DNA from: Octopus vulgaris
Lineage: Eukaryota
Assembly (NCBI GenBank): GCA_951406725.2
Contig: OX597821.1
Coordinates: 68,944,001-69,008,000, forward strand
Length of the DNA: 64,000 bases
Direction of reading: 5' to 3'
The number at the start of each line of letters is the position of its first letter. The first letter of the stretch is position 1. This document shows, in pieces, positions 12,905-26,335 of the stretch. The notes under the pieces are model-generated. The model saw only the letters and a program-made list of their open reading frames with translations, made no database searches and was not told the origin of the DNA. The translations under genes and the position numbers were made by a program.

Positions 12905-14143
12905 TATGCTGAAGTCCATTCATTCAGATAGACTGTACCTGTTCTATCAACAAGATGAATACCACAATATGGCCATTAAACATCCCTACTGGAGTCCATT
13001 TTTTTACTAGTATTTAGACCAAATCTTAAGTCTGGGGATAACTCAATACTGTGATGTGCACTTTCTTCCTGCAGCCTAGCAAATAGCAAATCATGAGTTA
13101 TGCTTCCATCCTAAATTTACCCCCAACATATCTCAGAGGCTGTACAAAAACAGGGCCATGGGCACTGCCCTTACTCTTGTAAGTAAACTACAGAAATGAG
13201 ATAGAAAAATACTTTTCAGTATTTAGTTAAGGTTGTTAATGTTTACAAGTTCAAATCCTGCCAAAGTTAATTTTGCTTTTTACCCTTTAAATAAGTACCA
13301 GTCACATACTAAGTCGGCCTCATTGACTACACCTAAAAATTTGTGGCTTTGTTCCAACATACGAAAACATGATTGTTTCCTATGTTACTTCTAGTGTTAT
13401 TGATTCTATCTCACTCAAACGATTTATTCATATCTTCTTATAGATGCCATCTTTTGTTTTATTGAATAAACAACATTGATTGTTCCTAAAACTGCACCAT
13501 CAAAAGAAGACCTGTCTATACATCAACATCTATGTATATGCCTGTGTGCATTTTTGTGTGCATATTGCATGTATAATGTCTCTCTATACATCTGCATCTA
13601 TGTATATATGTACTGTTATTAGTTTCAGTTATGAGATTGCAACCATGCTGATGCACCGCCTTCAATTTTTTAGACTATCACATTGACCTCCTTTAAATCC
13701 TCTAAGCAAGCCACACCAACACACACACACACACGCACACCTCACCAAGCCAACTACAACAACTCTTTTCCAGACATTTCTTTTTTGTTCCGATACACCT
13801 AGTTACAACAAACACTTGGTAAGCAAGTGCTCATCATTCCTCAAAACACCAACCAGTTATCGTAACAACACACTTGCACATCAATAAAGAAAATTTTTAA
13901 AAAAAACATTTTTACAAACTTAAAAAAGTTCAATAGAACAGGTGAGACTAAGAAATGGAATCAAGGTTTTTTTTAATGTTTTTGTTCTTTTCTACAAAAT
14001 TCAGAAGCATTACAACAGCAACATAGACACTGCAGCTCATGCATTCAACAAAACAATTAGACATCAAAAAAAGAAAAAAATACATCCCACAAAGCAACAT
14101 AGAAATATAACCCTAGTTACACACCCAGAAACAGTGGCCTTAA

Positions 14144-14361
14144 TCCTTTAGCATTTAAGCAGGTCATATCCAGCCAAGATATTCTACCTGTTTTATATTC
14201 AAACTGGCCAGATCTAGCCTCTCACACAAACCCTAGTGTCATTCCAAAACTACACAACCACATTGTTGAAATCTCAAAACTATGAGATAATGCATGATTA
14301 ATTCAAAACGATGTGAATAAATAAGTATTACATTTGACAGAATAATCTGAATGCTAAAGGG
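14144..14361. mobile_element. piggyBac-type (TTAA-flanked) MITE
   Basis: TTAA-(T)CCTTTAGCATT ... AATGCTAAAGGG-TTAA. Confidence 0.75.
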
Positions 14362-14511
14362 TTAAAAATAACCCTCTAAAATCAAACTCAACTCAAATAA
14401 AATTCAACACAAAACAACTAAAAAAAAAAGGAAAAACGAAAACAATAAATTATAGACAAACAAAATTGGTAAACAATTTTATACAACACAAACTACAAAA
14501 CTGACGTCAAT

Positions 14512-14725
14512 TCTATATTTCTGAGATGAGGAATTTTAAAATTAGGTATGTTGCTTACATCAGTTGGACTGGTATCCTTTTGACTGTTGCTTTCACTATG
14601 TTTTGACCGCATATGCTGCAGCCTTCTTCAGGTGTCTTGCGATTCACCTTAGTGCCTTGTCTGGGATTGAATTCAGAACCTCTAAATGAGGACCACCATT
14701 CCAACTAATGTAAGCAGTGTACATA
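14512..14725 (-). mobile_element. Older relative of the hammerhead-bearing PLE/SINE-like family
   Basis: Minus strand: B-box-like GTTCTGAATTCAATCCC, then GACAC-CTGAAGA-AGGCTG...CGGTC-AAAA (GAAA decayed). Ends with the same AATTCCTCATCTC..AAATATAGA terminus as the 33.9 kb and 63.1 kb copies. Confidence 0.65.
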
Positions 14726-15532
14726 AAACTAACATTGTTTTAACAGCTTTTAACAGTTTTTCCATGCTTGTCCAGGTCAGATGGAATTAGTTGAAGCAGA
14801 TTTTTTTATGGCCAAATGCCCTTCCTGTTGCCAACCCTCATTTATTACCAAGTAAGGTAATATTTCCAACCCATGCCAACATGGAAAATGGATGTTAAAG
14901 GATGATGATAGTGATGATGATGATGATGGCAGGTTTCTTTCAGTTTCCATGTACCAAATCCATTCACAAGGCTTTGGTCAGCTTGGAGCTATAGAAAACA
15001 CTTGCCCAAGGTGTCATGCAGTGAAACTGAACCTGGAACCATGTGGTTGGGAAGCAAACTTCTTACCACACAGCCACACCTACACATATGCAGATATTCC
15101 AACTCTACTTAAACCACCCAGACACTTGGCTCCATAACCACAGATTCAAAGTAACAACTACAAAACCCAATGTCTTCCAACTATCGAACTCATCATCGTC
15201 TTTCAACATTCACATTCCCACTTGCATGAGTCAAATGGAATTTACTGAGGCAGATCCGCTATGGCCAGATGCCCTTCTTGTCACTAACTCTCACCTGTTT
15301 CCAAGCATGGAAATACAGATTTCAAATTTTGTCTCAAAGCCAGTAATTTCAGGGGAGGGGGTAAGTTGATTACATCAACCACAGTGTTCATCTGGTACGC
15401 TTTATTGACCCTGAAAGGGTGAAAGGCAAAGACAACCTCAACAGGATTTGAACTGAGAACATGAAGACAGATGAAATGCCACTAAGTATTTTGCCTAGTA
15501 TGCTAATGATTCTACCAGCTTGCCACCTTTAA

Positions 15533-16003
15533 CCCATTGCCTGACATGAGCCCCATTTGGGGATCTGCTGAAAACAGTCTCACAAGTGAATTGCTCATGT
15601 AAATTGCATTTGCAGAGGTGTGTTTAACAATATCCAGTAGTTAAAGTTTGTCATTATCAGTTCTGGCTAATTCTAGAGGACAATTTATGTTGTTAATCAC
15701 AATATTGACTGTTTTGAAAAGGTTTTTTTTTTTGCATTTCCCATTAATACCATTCATTGATATTTCATACACAATTGCATTTGATACTAGTTTGAAAAAA
15801 ATAACTGAAATGTTTATTATTGCAATTGAACAGAAAAGGATAAATATGCTTTTTCAGCAATTTCCATTTGGGACATTTTGAAAAAGTTATAATTTCCAAA
15901 ATAATTCACATATGAAGAAAATTTTAATCTATTTACTATTTTGTCTCCTAAAACACCTGGCAAAGCCAAAAAACATGAATGAAAAAATTTGGCAGTTAAT
16001 GGG
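15533..16003. mobile_element. piggyBac-type (TTAA-flanked) MITE
   Basis: TTAA-CCCATTGCCTG ... GCAGTTAATGGG-TTAA. Confidence 0.65.
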
Positions 16004-16239
16004 TTAAGCAAGGTAATATTGGCCCAACATGTTTTTTATGAAAGACTGAAAATGATCAGTCTGTGTAACAGTGATGCTTGTTTAAAACCATATCTGGAAA
16101 GTATTAACTTCCTTAGAAATAAGTGAGGGTAGGTGACAAGAATGGCATCTAACCATACAAAAATCTATCACAACAAATTCTGTCTGACTCATGCAAACAT
16201 GGAAAGGCAGATGTTCAATGACCATTCAACAAACTCCTT

Positions 16240-16540
16240 GTTTGTTCCTTCTCGAGCCACGTCTGGCTCATAAGGGCTGGTTTCCCGGCTTCCTTGGCGT
16301 ATAGGTTCCTCACCTGGACGGGACACCGGTCCGTCGCAGGTGAGCTGCAAGATACAAGAGGAAAGAATGAGAGAAAGTTGTGGTGAAAGAGTCAGCAGAA
16401 GTTCGCCATTACATTCTGTCGGAGCCGCGTGGAGCTTAGGTGTTTCGCTCATAAACACACACATCACCCGGTCTGAGGTTCGAACTCGCGATCCCTCGAC
16501 TGCGAGTCCGCTGCACTAACCACTAGGCCATGTGCCTCCA
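16240..16540 (-). mobile_element. Young tRNA-derived SINE with TSD (tRNA-Arg-like head)
   Basis: GTGGAGGCACATGGCCTAGTGGTTAG..GACTCGCAGTC..GAGTTCGAACCTC, CpG-rich. TSD (A)CAAACTCCTT at 16229-16239 and 16540-16550. Confidence 0.88.
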
Positions 16541-17303
16541 CAAACTCCTTATTCTGACTGAATTCTGTATGAAGAGATGGAAGGGGAGCTTTGAGTTCCA
16601 TTTAAATAACTAAAACACAGCTGAGCAGTATTGCCCTCTGCCTCTTGGTTCAGCACTGGATTAACCATTAAGCAAATTAAGCACATGCTTAGGGCATCAA
16701 AAGAAGGAAGGAGCACCACAGAAATGGTAAATGGTTTACAGAACAAAAGAAATCACTTTTAAACTTGCTAAAATAATATTCGGAATGCCTTTATCACTAC
16801 TAAGTATAGACGCAGATGTGTTACTTAAGATTAATTTTGAAGATCTGATCAAAGATTTTGCAATTCAAAAAAGTAGGAGGAAGCTTTTCAAATATAAATA
16901 AAGTGGAAGTATACAAAAATAAACATTATTTTCCCTCTTGCTGTTTTGTTTTGTTTTGAAAAATAAAAATTCATTTTATGGTTTGTTATTGTTTATATTT
17001 TGAATGATATAATCTTTTATGGGGGTACCAAGATCTTTTAAGTGCTGAGGGCCTCGATGGGTCTTAATCCAGCCCTGCCTTGGTCCAATAAGCTGGTGAA
17101 AACGAGCAAGTGGCTAAAACTTTACATGTTGCAAGAGGGTTGCTACACATCCATACATATACACACACATATGTATATGTGTGTATGTATGTAAGAAACT
17201 GTGTTCAGAGCAAGAAAGATCACTAAAAGCAATGTCTTGAGCAAAACAAAATAGAAGTGAACATTTAGCGGATGAGTGTTCAAAAGGAGATAGACAGAAA
17301 CTA

Positions 17304-17495
17304 TGAGGGGGTGCCAAAAAGTTCCTGGCTTTAAGAGTATCACAAAAGGCTTGGTTGGAAGCCCAACTTACCAAGTTCTTTTACAGGGCTTAGAAAAAGT
17401 ACAGGACCACTGTAATATGTGTGTGAATCTGAGAGGGAAACATACTGAATAAAATCATAATCAACTGATCCTCCTGTATTTTCAGCACCCCCTCA
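17304..17495 (+). mobile_element. Mariner-derived MITE inside a local duplication
   Basis: Same MITE and same flanks as 12689-12904, with a small deletion near the right TIR. Confidence 0.88.
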
Positions 17496-19365
17496 TATAC
17501 TGAAGTCCATTCATTCAGATAGATTGTATCTGTTCTATCAAGTAGATGAATACCACCATATTGCCATTAAACATCCCTAGTGAAGTCCATTTTGTTACTG
17601 TATCGTTCTCATAACTTATCCTGCAACTGAACAATGGCTGAATGTCAGTGCAATTAATGAATCTGCCAAAAACAGCATCAAATCTCCCTCAAATCATCTT
17701 AACCAACCATCTCAAAAAAGAGAGAACACATTGAGATAAGTGGTCCTTATATATTGTGTCTGCAAAAGAGGTAGGATGACCACAGTTTGGACACCTTTAA
17801 TCAAAGGTTTGTTCAATCATAGCTAAACTACTGCTGACCCATCATAATCACCTCAAATGTGGGTGGTGGTTTGTTTAAATTTACTCGCTGAAACAAGTCA
17901 CAAAGATCTGTATTGCCCAATACATACAGCGAACAATTAATACATTTAATTTTGCTGTTGCTTAGCCCCAAGTCAACACTGATCACATAGACCTATGATC
18001 AAAAGCCTTCCAGCTGTGGCCATCCAATATTTTATCTAGGTACTGATCACAAGCATCTTTGTCCATGAAGATGTGTTCACAACATTTAAATATTTTTGAA
18101 CTTATAAAGTTTTGCATTTTTGCATGGTATAAATGAAGCCAACATAAGTTGTGCGGTGCAATTAGTCAGCCATTTAGACAAGTCCCATCTCCAACCAACA
18201 CCTAAAGATTATTTATAGACAGAAATGATGATTAAGCATCTCTGTACATTTATTTTGTGTTTAAAAAGTAAGATCTAACATCGTTCCCATCTTTCTTATC
18301 TATGACTGCTGTTTCTAACTTGCCATGCAACCACAGAGCTTCCATCACTTGTTTGATAACATTAGTTTGATGATTACTGTTCTCAGGATAGTCTTGACCA
18401 AGCAGACGTATGAGCAAAGACATCCCATGGCCATTCAATCCTTTTCTCAAATATTACATTTATAGGACTGTATTATCAAATGTACCTCTCCTTTTTCAAC
18501 ACAAAAGGATGTACTTCAAGCAAAATTTGGTTGCTACCTCTAGCATGCCAAGCGAGGAAATAGAAACTCCGTCATGATGGCGGGAACAGAGATGTTAGTG
18601 GTAGGTGCTAGCATCAATAATGATAATGGGATAGTGACAGTGATGGCAATAACGATGATGATGCCAAAGTTAAATATGATTGTTGCGCTGATAGATGTTG
18701 ATGTTATTGTTTAGTTTCAGGTTAGTCTTGATCGAGTGGACCCATAACTGAAACTGCTCCACCCAAGAGCAACCATTTTTTTTTTTAGCCAATGTATCCT
18801 TCCCCCTTCAAAATGCTGGGTTGGTGATTTGACAGCTATTCCTACGTGGTATAGCAACCATGTAGGTGCAATACCATCTAAGAATAGCTGTAGTGGCGAT
18901 GTCGGAAGCAAGTAGTAAAAAGCAATGACAATAGTAATAATGATGATGATAATGTAATAGATTTTGGTGGTGGTGATGACAAGAATAGTAACCGAGACAG
19001 TGAGGCGACGACGATGATGATGATCGTAATGAAGCCATAGATATTGTTCAACAATTAATTGCAAAATACCAAAATGTCGAATGCATCAATTAGATATCGA
19101 TATATTTAGATAGCTCTCTCTCACTTTACCAACACAAAGCATTGTATTACTGACATAGAAAAAGAAAGAAAAAAAGAATGCTGTTCTAATTGTATGTGCG
19201 AAGGAGGGGCGGGGTGATTGAGAATTCCATGCCGAATAAATTACAAGCAACAAACAACGAAGATCGATCGCTCGATTAGAAAGAGGAAGTAAAGAAACTG
19301 ACAGAGAGGATTCCCGATCAGTAACGTTTGCCGGAGCGTCAGCCAATCTCTTGTGTTTTGCTTAC

Positions 19366-19405
19366 TTGGCAGTATCATCACGCGACCCCTGCCCAAATTA
19401 CTGGT
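19366..19405 (-). CDS. Candidate coding exon 2 of an unidentified host gene (TSNLGRGRVMILP)
   Basis: Acceptor TGTTTGTATCTGTTGCAG, donor CAA|GTAAGC, 40 bp. Only the phase-0 frame is open, which matches the upstream exon. Confidence 0.55.
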
Positions 19406-20592
19406 CTGCAACAGATACAAACATTCAGACAGAACGTCGTACACATACAAACATATATACACATGTGTGTGTGTATATCTATATCTATATATATATATAT
19501 ATATAACAACAATATAATAAATAAAACATATGCATATATACATACATATATGTACATACTTACATCTATATGTATATATATACATGCATATATGAGTACA
19601 GGACACCACAAATAAACGTAGAACACGAGAAACGAAAACATAAAATCAAACAAGGAAACGGACTTTTTTTAACAACGAAAAAACAGAGTACAGGACAAAC
19701 AATACAAGGAAAATTCCCCTTCATCAGCTATATATATAGTCACACACACAGGTACTAGGTCAAATAGGGAAACTAAAGTATAGTCAGACGGACACATAGA
19801 CAAATAATTAAACAAATAAATCAAGCAAACAAACGGATATATATAAAGTTATGTAGATAGTTATTATAAGGGGACTGTGAGTTCATAAGCAGTGATATAT
19901 AAACAGATATACCCCTTTTCTGTCAACAGAGATACGAACATATATTAAAGATATACGTTTGTGTGCTGGGGCACGCACGTTAGTACAAGTCTATACATGC
20001 ATGTATTAGTAATGTCTACCCAAAACAAAATGAGATATCCTCTAATAAATCTACATTCAATATTCACACTAACATGCACTTATATGTATACAGCACCAAG
20101 GAAGCAGCCAGTGTGAGCTTTGTAACCCTTAATAAAGGAGTTTAAAACTAAAAACAAAAGCCCTAAATTTAAAAGTTGGCTATTTTGTCCAATTACAATT
20201 ATTTTTAAAGGATCCAAAAGTTTAATAGAAAGAGTTCTACACACATAAATCGGGCTAACATGGGAGATGGGGCACACAAACTTGTTGCCATTGGCTTGCT
20301 AGGTTTTTATTAAACAGACGAATAATAATAATTACTTTCTAGTTAATTTGAAGGACCAACAGCATCCAAAAGTTGATGGCTTGATTGCATCATTGTCAAA
20401 AATATTATTTGGCGGTTCGGTTCGAAATCACGATGTCATCAAACAAGCAATTGATGCCAATATAATTCCTTTACCTCCAAACGTTATCCAAATTTGGGCG
20501 GGGTTAACCTCAGTCTTAAAACATCATTGTGTTGTCTGTCATTATCTAGAACGAGTGTTTACCTAGGTCATCGCCGTAACAAAAACCCTTAC

Positions 20593-20640
20593 CCTAAATC
20601 CTAACACCCGGGTGTGCGTTTTCTTTACTTTCGTCGCCAT
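20593..20640 (-). CDS. Candidate first coding exon (MATKVKKTHTRVLGFR)
   Basis: gcaATGG start context, 16 codons, donor AGG|GTAAGG, in a locally CpG-retaining non-repeat region. Confidence 0.55.
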
Positions 20641-23054
20641 TGCCTAGAATAAGTTCATCCTTAACTCTCTAAGTGTCTTTGATTAGAACGGATGTTTACT
20701 TAGCTCCTTCAATCCTAAAGACATTGGGTATTTTCCATGCTTCCTAAGAAGGAACTGCAAAATGACCTAACCTCAGTCAGCTTCTGCCCCACACACAACT
20801 AACGTACATCGATCAGCTGACATGGATGGCGGTGGTATACGATATGAATATAATGGCTCCACTTTTAAAACTCGATAATTTACCTGCTAGCCGACGTGTT
20901 TAAAACAACTTGAAGGAAAACCCGGGAAAATGATAGCTTAGACGTGGTAGATTATGTAGCGAATCTGAATTGGGGTAACCTTCGTTTATAAACCCTGATT
21001 TCGTTTGAAATAATGAACATAAAAACAAAGCTGGGGAGAACATTCACTTATATATAATTGTTAAGCACAAGTGATATATTTCCTTTAAACGCACATTCAT
21101 AATATTATGTAAATTTGTTTTATGGTCTGAAGCTTAATTTAAAAGTGTTATTTGTGCAATGTTTTTGTTTGACAGCATAAAGAGGAGTTACAATACACAA
21201 TAAAATGTTTATCTTTAAAAATCCCAATTAGATTTAATAGGGATGGTTAACATTGCGATGACTATAATACATTAGCAATAATCTGATTCGTTCAATCGAT
21301 CTTATTATGAGGGAAAATAATAATTAAACTCAATTATTGTTGATGAGTTTAATGCCTCGAAAAGGGAAATGGAATGGCAAGTCTGTTAATTAGCGTTTGA
21401 CAAAAATGAAATCTGTCCATTTACTGTTGCCACTCAAATTTGATTGTAGTAATTTGTTTAATTATGGTAATTTGTAATTTGTTTTAATTCAAACTATATT
21501 GAATCTAAGAAGTATTCCGAACATTGGCTCAACTTTAAAACACTCAGCCATCCACGAAAGTTGAAAGCATTATAATACTACAATAACAAATCATTTAGAG
21601 AGGGGCCTGTAACAAATTCCACTTGGTTAATCCGACACTGAATGTATACACATACGCACTTAAAAAGCCAACACATACCAAAGCAAAGTACACGCCAGTA
21701 TCAGCAACACATATACTTAACATCGAGATATACATATAAAGCAAGATGTACATATACAGAAGTAATCAAAGTACACACTCAACAACATGAACGCACACAC
21801 AAACCCAACAATAACACAAATACATATCAATCAAAATACACAACATCTTATACATTTCATTGTTGCTCGACCTGCTGGAATGTACAGCCAACTCTTCCTC
21901 GAGCCACAACTTACCGTTTCAATAAAAGAACGCTTTGATCAATGTAGTTCTCGATGTACCTCAAAGACGGGATGACCACACTGGAACAGTTCGATCAAGC
22001 CTGGCCGGAACTTGTGAACAACACAGAAACATCACCGCTTACATAAACCAATGGATGGAAGACATACACACACATTAACCTAAATACATATACACAATAC
22101 ATGACAGACGATACAAAGAGGGAAAAAAATGTTAGACAGTCAAAACAATCACTTAGTTTGTCTAGTCTACATCCTAAATAAGAAACTACCACCCTACAAG
22201 ACATATGTGTGTGTGTATGTATGTATGTATGTGTGTGTGTTGTAGATCACATAAAATTGTGAGTGTAGTTTACCTTTAAACAAGCTCAGAAGACCAACTG
22301 CCATCGACGAAGGGACGTAGTGTGTAATATCCACAACACTGCCAAGTAGAACGAAAGCTAAGCAAATATATATGTCTGTATATAAAGAGGTGTGTGTGTT
22401 AAGCTTAATAAAAAAAAGCGGAGCACATAAGTGACGACAGTTTCACACCATCATCGACATCATTATCTTTAATAGCCTACCTCTCTTTCAGTCAGCCGCA
22501 GATACACACACAGATGTATTTTTCGTACTCTCTGTAATTCTATTTAAACACTGTAATTGAACAAATGACAATAATAAACATAGTAATAAAACACAAAAAG
22601 AAACATATATATATTTTTTTTATTCACTTGTGCTTTACTTTCCGAACGCTGAATTAGTAAGATTCGAACACGAAGCTAAATTATGCTAGCTGTCAGACTC
22701 TGGCGTTTGGGAAATGATGATGTTCAAAATGTAATTAAGATTGCCAAGATTATTTGTCTCATGTTTATTTTATTAACCTTAGGGTTATTTTGGATATTGC
22801 TATATAAAATATTTGAGTTGAAGTGAATGTGTTTAATTCTTTGAATCTATTTCTTAAGTGGGATTGGTAACTAGTTTTCAGTTGATGTTGGCTGATGTAG
22901 AATGAAAATACCGCAGGGGACCATACTAAATCGAAAACCCATACATAATACAGTGACTTACATAATACAGTCATTTGAAAAAACCGACAGGGCAGGCATA
23001 TGTTCGGTTAATATTTACATCTTGACTCGGAAGATGTAAACATTAACCATATAT

Positions 23055-23469
23055 ATTTCTTTACTACCCACAAGGGGCTACACACAGAGGGGACAAACAA
23101 GGACAGACAAACAGATTAAGTCGATTATATCGACCCCAGAGCGTAACTGGTACTTAATTTATCGACCCCGAAAGAATGAAAGGCAAAGTCGACCTCGGCG
23201 GAATCTGAACTCAGAACGTAACGGCAGACGAAATACCTATTTCTTTATTACCCACAAGGAGCTAAACACAGAGGGGACAAACAAGGACAGACAAACAGAT
23301 TAAGTCGATTATATCGACCCCAGAACGTAACTGGTACTTAATTTATCGACCCCGAAAGGATGAAAGGCAAAGTCGACCTCGGCGGAATTTGAACTCACAA
23401 CGTAACGGCAGACGAAATACCGCCAAGCATTTCGCCCGGCGCGCTAACGTTTCTGCCAGCTCGCCGCCT
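23055..23469 (-). mobile_element. Young head-to-tail dimeric family-A SINE with 18-bp TSD
   Basis: Full unit about 23237-23469 plus a near-identical 5'-truncated unit about 23055-23236. TSD TAAACATTAACCATATAT at 23037-23054 and 23470-23487. Confidence 0.9.
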
Positions 23470-25182
23470 TAAACATTAACCATATATTCAAAGATATACC
23501 AGTTGTAACCATGCTGGTTTTCACGGAGTTTTAGAGTAGCTGTCCACCGAAGTTCCATATAATATGGGAAAGAAAAAGGAGGACACAAAAATATTTAAAA
23601 AATTGAAAGTTCCGGAAACTTTTTTCATTTTATTAATCTTCTTATTTTTCCCTAGATCTTTATTACCGTTATATGAAATATAGGAATACAACTAAAGGCA
23701 TGAAGGAAAAAAAACTACCCTTTACTTTTCCGGGGAGGTATGGGGTTTCGAGGGGCGGCTATTTCAAAACTCTACCTTGATTTTTATAGTTGTCTAAGAT
23801 TGCTTTATCTAATGTTTACTTTATTTATTTTTAAGATGGTAGGACATAATTTGGATTTTTTTTTTTTGTCGAGTGACCATATAAAAACTTCCCTCATTGG
23901 CGCAATACACAGACATAATCAGTTAAAATCCGTAAACGAAGGAGACACTAAGCTGCACAGTAAAAGCTGCTATCTTCATAGTTCGTCTTGAACTTCTGTA
24001 AGTTGATATTTGCTGGGAAAACATGGATTGGGTGTTTGGCTTCTTAGCCCTATCTGCCATCACATGGGTGGGTGCCTGTATATAGTTACTTGAGCTGTTC
24101 AGAGAGGATCCAAATCCCCCCAACTCTTTAAAAAAGAACACATCGTAGTCCTAGATACTCTGTGTCTTAAAAAAAAAAGATTTTGAGGTAAACATCTGGA
24201 ACAGTTTTAATCACAGATGTACTCAATCGGGATTTATCTGGGGTTCCTAGAGGGTTGAGAAGCAAAGATGACCTCAGCGGGATTTGAACTCAGGACATAA
24301 AGAGCCGGAATACTAAAAAGCGTTTTTCCTAACACTCTAAAGATTCTGCCATTCCACTCCGTGCCTTCACCATCAGAACTTAACTGATATTTATTTTCAT
24401 TTATGTTGGAGGAAAAGGAATTCAGAACATAAAGAGCTAGCATAAATAGCGCCAAAGCAATTCTTTCAATGATCTAATCATCCTGCCAGCTCACCACGTG
24501 ACTGGGATTTCTTATTTAGGGCCAAGGCTAGTAATTTTTAGGGGTAAGGTGTTGGGTGATTACATCAATCCCGGCAACTTGACTGGTATTTTAATTTATC
24601 AGCCATGGAAGAATAAAATAAAAAGTTGACTCTGATGGGAAAGCCTGTATAGGAGAGGCTTCCTTAATGTGACGACAAACATATTAGGCACAGCCATGAA
24701 TATATGACATCAAAGCAACAGGAGGCTTTTTTAAAGCCAGACTGAATAACAATATATGCTCTTTTAGAACCCAGGGAAAGTACAATTCCATGACTAGCTA
24801 CTTATGAGTGGTGATTAAAAGAGAGCAGAATATCATATAGCACTAAAACTAAAGGTTGCAGAAAATATCTAGGTTATATTGTAATGGCCGAAGGAGATGT
24901 AGGTTTAGTTAGTGGAAAAGAAGATCATTTTATAGAACTCGTGATACAGATATGTTTCTGAGCTTGAAAAGCAAGATTTTTGGTTATTGCCCTTATTTGC
25001 ATAAATCTATTTTGGTGACAGTAGTGTCTCACATAGAGCTGAGGAACAATACATACATAAGCTATGCAATTTATGCAATGCTACTACCATTCCTTGCGCT
25101 ATTTCCAGTGCTAGTCCCTTGAAGGGTTCTCTATTCCTCCAACCTTCCAGTCCCTCCCACAAGTGCGATCACCCTGATTTTC

Positions 25183-25887
25183 GCATGATAGTCGCATTGA
25201 CCACGACAGAGAAAGTTGCCATGGAGATACCTACAGAAGTTGCAGAAAGTGTATGGAGAGGAATGTATGAGCCACACACAAGTGTACGAGTGGTTCAGAC
25301 GTTTCCAAGATGGCTGAAAATATGTCAATATTGACGAATTATGGGAGACCCGCAACCAGCAGAACTGAGAAAAACATCACAGATGTGCTTGCAGCTGTGA
25401 GGGGAAATCGTCGAATCACCGTCCATGAGTTATCAGAGGATGTGGAGATTAATTATGGTTCAGTTCAGTTCATTATTACTGAAGATTTGGGTATAAGATG
25501 CATGTCTGCCAAGTTTGTGCCAAAACTGCTTTCAACTGACTAAAAAGACACTTGGGTTTCAGTTGCACAAGATCTCCTTGATTGTATCGAGAATGATGAA
25601 AACTTTTTGAAATTTTTTGTGGGCCTCTGAGCAGGTATCACCAAGCTTTTGGCAAAATTTGAGGCAGATTCTCTGCTCAACTTTCTCTGTCATGGTCAGT
25701 GTGACGATCACATGTTACACACCTTCCTTCCAAGCACTACTGTAGACAGAAATGAGCTAGAACGTTAAAACTTTGTGCGCGTACACAGCAGAGTTCAAGG
25801 TTAATCTGTGCCAAGCGGCTTCACTCTGTATGTTTTAGCTTTGTTACTGTAGCAACAGTCAAGATACTTATTGATCAGACCACATAT
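25183..25887 (+). mobile_element. Mariner deletion derivative: N-terminal HTH remnant plus an inverted copy of its 5' end
   Basis: LQKVYGEECMSHTQVYEWFRRFQDG, GRPATSRT, LGIRCMSAKFVPKLL on plus. Minus strand near 25693 encodes MTEKVEQRICLKFCQKLG. Mariner-type TIR plus TA near 25856-25889. Confidence 0.8.
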
Positions 25888-26270
25888 ACACATATAATAT
25901 ATATTTCTTTACTATCCACAAGGGGCTAAACACAGAGGTGATGCTTATGTATATTTACATGTACCCTCAGAGGTACCGTTTAGAAGTGATCCGTATTACT
26001 GACGATATTAGCATTCATTGCTATTGTTAACAATTTTGGTTTTTTATCATGTTCATTATTATTGGCTTTATTACTATTTTTATTATCTCTCAATCCTATG
26101 CATTTCCCTTTGTTTTTTTTCTTTGTTTTTTTCCACGCTTTGATAAGTAACACCAATCCATGGGAAATAACTCTTCTTGTTTTACCGTTTTTTCATTAGG
26201 TCTCCAACTAAAATTTTTTCCACTTAAATGTCTGGCAGGCATAAATGCATGCATACATGCATACATACAT

Positions 26271-26323
<53 letters not shown>

Positions 26324-26335
26324 TACATACATACA

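Noticed and set aside
16465-16540. Functional tRNA gene
   Set aside because: It is the head of a TSD-flanked SINE with no proper acceptor stem. The same applies to the other SINE heads.
18250-18450. 66-aa ORF as a downstream exon of the minus-strand gene
   Set aside because: Its first third derives from a dispersed repeat, and I found no convincing phase-compatible splice sites.
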